DNA of 64,000 nt from Spirochaetia bacterium. Lineage in GTDB: Bacteria; Spirochaetota; Spirochaetia; SZUA-6; Bin103. The stretch lies in contig CBDBOV010000004.1 in the NCBI GenBank assembly GCA_965208575.1, positions 928,001 to 992,000 on the forward strand. Direction: 5' to 3'. The notes beneath the pieces were generated by a model, which saw nothing but the letters and a program-made list of their open reading frames with translations, was not told where the DNA came from and searched no databases. Shown here piece by piece: positions 60,083 to 64,000 of this stretch (the first letter of the stretch is position 1; each line of letters opens with the position of its first letter). Position numbers and translations under genes: made by a program.

Positions 60083-61594
60083 ATGGCCACGATAGTCCCC
60101 GAAACGTCGCGCACCTTCAGCGAGTACCTGCTGTTGCCCAACCTGACGCGGCGCGACTGCGTACCCGCGAGCGTCGACCTGCGCGCACCGCTCACCCGCT
60201 ACCGGCCGCCCGGTGACCCGCAGTTGCACCTGAACGTGCCGATGGTATCGGCCATGATGCAGTCGGTGTCCGACGACACCATGGCCGTGGCGCTGGCGCG
60301 CAGCGGCGGGCTGGCGTTCATCTTCACCTCGCAGCCGATCGCCGCGCAGGCGGAAATGGTCGGGCGGGTCAAGAAGTTCAAGGCCGGCTTCGTGGTCAGC
60401 GACACCAACCTGGGCCCGCGCGCCACCGTGCGCGACCTGTTGGAGCTGCGCCACCGCACCGGCCACACCACCACCGCGGTCACCGACAACGGCGCCTCCG
60501 ACGGGCGCCTGCTCGGCATTCTCACCGGGCGCGACTACCGGATCGGCCACGTGGATCCGGACGCGCCGGTTACCACCCTGATGACGCCGTTCGACGACCT
60601 CGTGTACGGACGCGACGGCATCACCCTGAGCGAGGCCAACAACCTGATCTGGGAGCATCGGCTGAATTGCCTGCCGGTGATCGACGACCACCGGCACCTG
60701 CGCTACCTGGTGTTTCGCAAGGACTACGAGCAGCACAAGGAGAACCCGGACGAGCTGATCGACGACGAGAAGCGCCTCATGGTGGGTGCCGGCGTCAACA
60801 CCCACGACTACCCGGATCGGGTGCCGGCACTGATCGCCGCCGGCGCCGACGTGCTGTGCATCGACTCGTCCGACGGCTTCAGCGAGTTCCAGGCCGACTG
60901 CCTGGCCTGGGTGCGGGGGCAATGCGGCGACGGCGTACGCGTGGGCGCCGGCAACGTCGCCGACCGCGAAGGCTTCCGCTACCTGGCCGCCGCCGGCGCC
61001 GACTTCGTGAAGGTCGGCGTGGGGCCCGGCTCCATCTGCATTACGCGTGAGCAGAAGGGAATCGGACGCGGCCAGGCGAGCGCGGTGCTGGACGTTGCCC
61101 ACGCGCGCAGGGAGTGGCTGGAGGAGACCGGCGAGTACGTGCCGATCTGCGCCGACGGCGGCATATTCCACGACTACCACATCACGCTGGCGCTGGCGAT
61201 GGGTGCGGACTTCGTGATGATGGGCCGTTACTTCGCCCGTTTCGACGAGAGTCCGGCCCCGCGCATCCGCATGGGCACCAACTTCGTCAAGGAATACTGG
61301 GGCGAAGGCACCAACCGGGCGCGCAACTGGCAGCGCTACGAGGGACACCTCGCAGCCGGCGGGCTGGCCTTCGAAGAGGGGGTCGACGGCTACGTGCCGT
61401 ACGCCGGCGAATTGCGCGACAATCTGGGTCAGACGTTGGACAAGCTCAGAAGCACCATGTGCAATTGCGGGGCGGCCGACATCGAAAGCCTGCACCGCAC
61501 CGCTCGGCTCACCGTGGTGTCCGCCACCAGCCTGCGCGAGGGCGGCGCCCACGACGTGATCCTGAAGGAGACCGAAATCGCACCCGGCCTGTAG
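60083..61594 (+). CDS. guaB: IMP dehydrogenase with CBS pair
   Basis: AAGGAGG SD, VSA.MQSVS, IDSSDG, GAGNV, catalytic G.GSICITR, ADGG, MMGRYF and EEGV. Confidence 0.96.
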   Translation: MATIVPETSRTFSEYLLLPNLTRRDCVPASVDLRAPLTRYRPPGDPQLHLNVPMVSAMMQSVSDDTMAVALARSGGLAFIFTSQPIAAQAEMVGRVKKFKAGFVVSDTNLGPRATVRDLLELRHRTGHTTTAVTDNGASDGRLLGILTGRDYRIGHVDPDAPVTTLMTPFDDLVYGRDGITLSEANNLIWEHRLNCLPVIDDHRHLRYLVFRKDYEQHKENPDELIDDEKRLMVGAGVNTHDYPDRVPALIAAGADVLCIDSSDGFSEFQADCLAWVRGQCGDGVRVGAGNVADREGFRYLAAAGADFVKVGVGPGSICITREQKGIGRGQASAVLDVAHARREWLEETGEYVPICADGGIFHDYHITLALAMGADFVMMGRYFARFDESPAPRIRMGTNFVKEYWGEGTNRARNWQRYEGHLAAGGLAFEEGVDGYVPYAGELRDNLGQTLDKLRSTMCNCGAADIESLHRTARLTVVSATSLREGGAHDVILKETEIAPGL

Positions 61595-61624
61595 CGCCGG
61601 TAACGACCTGCCTGGCGCGGGGAG

Positions 61625-61858
61625 TCAGTCGGCCGCGACGCCGGAACGGCCGGCGCTGCGCGGTGCGGCGGCGGGCTCGTTTTCGCACGACTCGCCCGCG
61701 GTCACGCCGCAGATGGGACACGCCTCCTGGTCGTCCATGAAGGCGTTGGCATTGGAGCAGCCGGGCTTGCGCACCTCTTCGTCCTTGCCGAACAGCACGC
61801 GCAGTCCCAGGAACGCGGCGCACAGCACCATCAGGCCAACCGCAAGGAGAACCGTCAT
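61625..61858 (-). CDS. Small membrane-anchored Cys-rich protein (NqrM-like architecture)
   Basis: GGAGG SD with TAGACT upstream, an N-terminal TM, then C-x12-CxxC-x7-C. Confidence 0.6.
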   Translation of the reverse strand: MTVLLAVGLMVLCAAFLGLRVLFGKDEEVRKPGCSNANAFMDDQEACPICGVTAGESCENEPAAAPRSAGRSGVAAD

Positions 61859-61906
61859 CTCAACCTCCAGTCTACCGCTTTGTGCGCCGCACGGCTACCA
61901 CCGGCG

Positions 61907-63328
61907 CTACGGTGCGGCCGCCAGGGTGGCGAGCGGGTCGGCGTCGGTCAGCGCACCGAGCGCCAGCGCCAGCTTCCAGCGCCGCCCGCGCAGGAGTTGC
62001 GCATCGAAGTCCAGGAGTTCAAGCGCCACCTCGGCCCGAGCCACGTCCGCCTCCGTCACCACGCCGGCGGCCAGCGACTCCCTGCTCTCATTGACCTTGA
62101 GGGCGGCGAGGCGCGTGCGTTCGCGCAGATCCCACGTCGCATACTCGAGGTCGCGTATGTCCCGCTCCGCCTGCAGCACGGCGTCGGCATACTTGCGGCG
62201 CGCGGCCGTACCGGAGAGTTGCGCCGCGGCGCGCTCGTTGGCGAGCCGCTCCTGCCGCAACCGGCGCAGGCCGCCGTCGACGATCGGCACGATCACGTTG
62301 AAGCCCACGCCGGCGGAAAACTCGACCGCGTCCCAGTCGTAGTCGGCGCCGAAGGTCACTTCCGGCCACTGGTGGTTGCCGTCCTCGCGAATGCGGTGCT
62401 CGCTCGCCCGCAGTTCCACGACCGCATCCACGACGCCCGGCGCGAGCTCGACCTGCTCGTCGAACGGCGGCGTGAGCGGCGCCTCGGCCAACTCGCCGAA
62501 GTGCGACGCCCCGGTCTGTTCTTCGAGGCCGGCGCGCTCCTCGCGCAGCAGGAGCCGGGTACTGTCCAGCCCGCGCCGCTCCTGCTCCACCTCGAACAAC
62601 AGCGACTGAAAGCTGTGGCTGTCCTCGTTTTCTCCGAACACCTCGCGACGGCGCACCACCTCGGCCTCCAGCTCGCCCAACTCGAACACGGCACTCCGTT
62701 GCGCCTTCTCCGCCTCGACGATGGCCATGATCCGGTCGAGGATCTCGCCGGCGACCGCGCGCGTCCGCTGCCTCACCGCGCGTTCCGCGGACACCACGGC
62801 ATGGGCGGCCTTCAGGTCGTCCGCATCGGTGGCGTCGAGCCCGAACAGCGGGCCGAGGGACTGTTCCACGCCGCTCGACAGGTTCACCGCCACCGGTCCG
62901 AGCTCCCACCCCTTCGTCTTGCCGTCGGGGCCCTCATCCGCCGGGCCGGTCAGGGTAGCGGTCGTGGACAGCTCCCCGAACGGATGCGGCAGATCGGCGG
63001 TCACGCCGGCGGCGACACCGAATCCGAATTCGGCCCCGCCCGCTTCGTTGACGGTTACCCCGGCCAGCCGCCCCGGGCCCTCTGGGTCGGACAGGCGCAG
63101 CGTGAGGGAGAATCCCCGGCCGGCCGCCGTCATCGCCACTCCTATCTGGCTTCTGCGCACCGCAAGCTGCCGCTGCTGCAGGGTCGTGTCGCGCGCCATC
63201 GCTTCCCGCAGCAGTTGTTCCAGACCCGGCCCGCCGGCCGCCGACTGCGCCGACCCGCGCACGGCAACCAGCGCCAGCACGATGGCAACGGCCGCCACGG
63301 TCCGGCACCACGCTCCTTTGTTTCGCAC
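61907..63328 (-). CDS. TolC-like outer membrane efflux family protein
   Basis: Signal peptide, LEQLLREA start, alternating amphipathic beta segments and long helices (WPEVTFG..., VPIVDGG..., AGVVT..DV). Confidence 0.7.
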   Translation of the reverse strand: MRNKGAWCRTVAAVAIVLALVAVRGSAQSAAGGPGLEQLLREAMARDTTLQQRQLAVRRSQIGVAMTAAGRGFSLTLRLSDPEGPGRLAGVTVNEAGGAEFGFGVAAGVTADLPHPFGELSTTATLTGPADEGPDGKTKGWELGPVAVNLSSGVEQSLGPLFGLDATDADDLKAAHAVVSAERAVRQRTRAVAGEILDRIMAIVEAEKAQRSAVFELGELEAEVVRRREVFGENEDSHSFQSLLFEVEQERRGLDSTRLLLREERAGLEEQTGASHFGELAEAPLTPPFDEQVELAPGVVDAVVELRASEHRIREDGNHQWPEVTFGADYDWDAVEFSAGVGFNVIVPIVDGGLRRLRQERLANERAAAQLSGTAARRKYADAVLQAERDIRDLEYATWDLRERTRLAALKVNESRESLAAGVVTEADVARAEVALELLDFDAQLLRGRRWKLALALGALTDADPLATLAAAP

Positions 63329-63426
63329 GGTCACAGAGTAAACGCGCAGCCCGCCCCTGGGAAGGCCACGCCGGTACGCCCGCAACTCGCCCGGCACACG
63401 CGCCGGTCCCGGCCGCGCATGGCAGC

Positions 63427-64000
63427 CTATTGATCCGACTCCTTGCCTGCCTGTCCGTTGGAGGCGGTGGAATTGCCGTCGCCGGCCAGCGCCGACAGGG
63501 TGGCGCGCGGCGTCAGCACTCCGAGCAGACGCTCGTCCTCGCCGAGCACCGGGATCGGCAGCCGGTTGTCCGCGGCCACGCCGAGCAACTCGTCGAGAGA
63601 CTGCTCGGCGCGCGCGGTGGGGGTGTCGTCGCGAACCACCTCGCCGAGGTCGCGGTCGCCCCGCTTCACCGCGGCGGTAACGTCACCGAGCAGCACCAAT
63701 CCGCGGTACTGGTTGTCTTCGCCGGTCACGAACCCCACCCGCTGCCGGTCGTGTTCCAGGGCCGCCTTGGCGCGGCGCGGGTGGGTAGCGAGCGGCAGCG
63801 ACGTCACCGGATCCATCGCCACGCCGGCGCTCAGTACGCGCGAACGGTTCACGTCCCGGACAAAGTCCTCGATGTACGCGTCGGCCGGGGCGGTGATGAT
63901 CTCCTCCGGGGTGCCGACCTGGATCACCCGCCCATCCTTGAGGATCGCGATGCGGTCGCCGAGCTGCAGCGCCTCGTCCAGGTCGTGGGTGATGAACACG
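63427..64000 (-). CDS. proV: Glycine betaine/proline ABC transporter ATPase (ProV/OpuAA) with CBS domains, C-terminal part
   Basis: FITHDLDEAL.LGDRIAILKDG..IQ.GTPEEI...PAD.Y..DFVRDVNR followed by a CBS pair. It runs off the right edge. Confidence 0.88.
   Translation of the reverse strand, partial: VFITHDLDEALQLGDRIAILKDGRVIQVGTPEEIITAPADAYIEDFVRDVNRSRVLSAGVAMDPVTSLPLATHPRRAKAALEHDRQRVGFVTGEDNQYRGLVLLGDVTAAVKRGDRDLGEVVRDDTPTARAEQSLDELLGVAADNRLPIPVLGEDERLLGVLTPRATLSALAGDGNSTASNGQAGKESDQ

Overview
This 64-kb chromosomal segment comes from a very GC-rich bacterium (roughly 70% by eye) that is probably diderm, since it encodes a TolC-family protein and a lipoprotein periplasmic adaptor. The gene mix (many sulfatase, PhyH, SDR and AKR catabolic genes, TA modules, AAA_14 and IS1634/IS1380) resembles marine-sponge symbiont genomes, possibly Spirochaetota, but that is inference only. 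Housekeeping genes (hisG, hisI, hisS, serS, guaB, pckA, a DAHP synthase, rtcB) are interspersed with orphan catabolic enzymes and transporters. A decaying accessory/defence island at about 24.2-34.2 kb holds an AAA_14 ATPase, a truncated large helical protein, an intact-looking IS1634, and an ABC-type ATPase + DUF4276-like pair split by an IS1380 whose removal restores a 375-aa ORF. Two type II TA modules follow (FitA/VapC directly behind rtcB, and Xre/RES). Unannotated structure found by reading the DNA includes: a ~80-90 bp dispersed element in three intergenic copies (15.4, 41.9 and 45.5 kb) with small hairpins; a 7x18-bp repeat that reiterates a stop codon; a recurring -10 box 6-8 nt before start codons, suggesting leaderless genes; a perfect operator/promoter for vapBC; and a two-ATPase MacAB-like exporter operon with an AbrB-like tail linked to a GH1 glycosidase. 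No rRNA, tRNA or CRISPR array was recognised. All family assignments come from motif recognition, not database searches.
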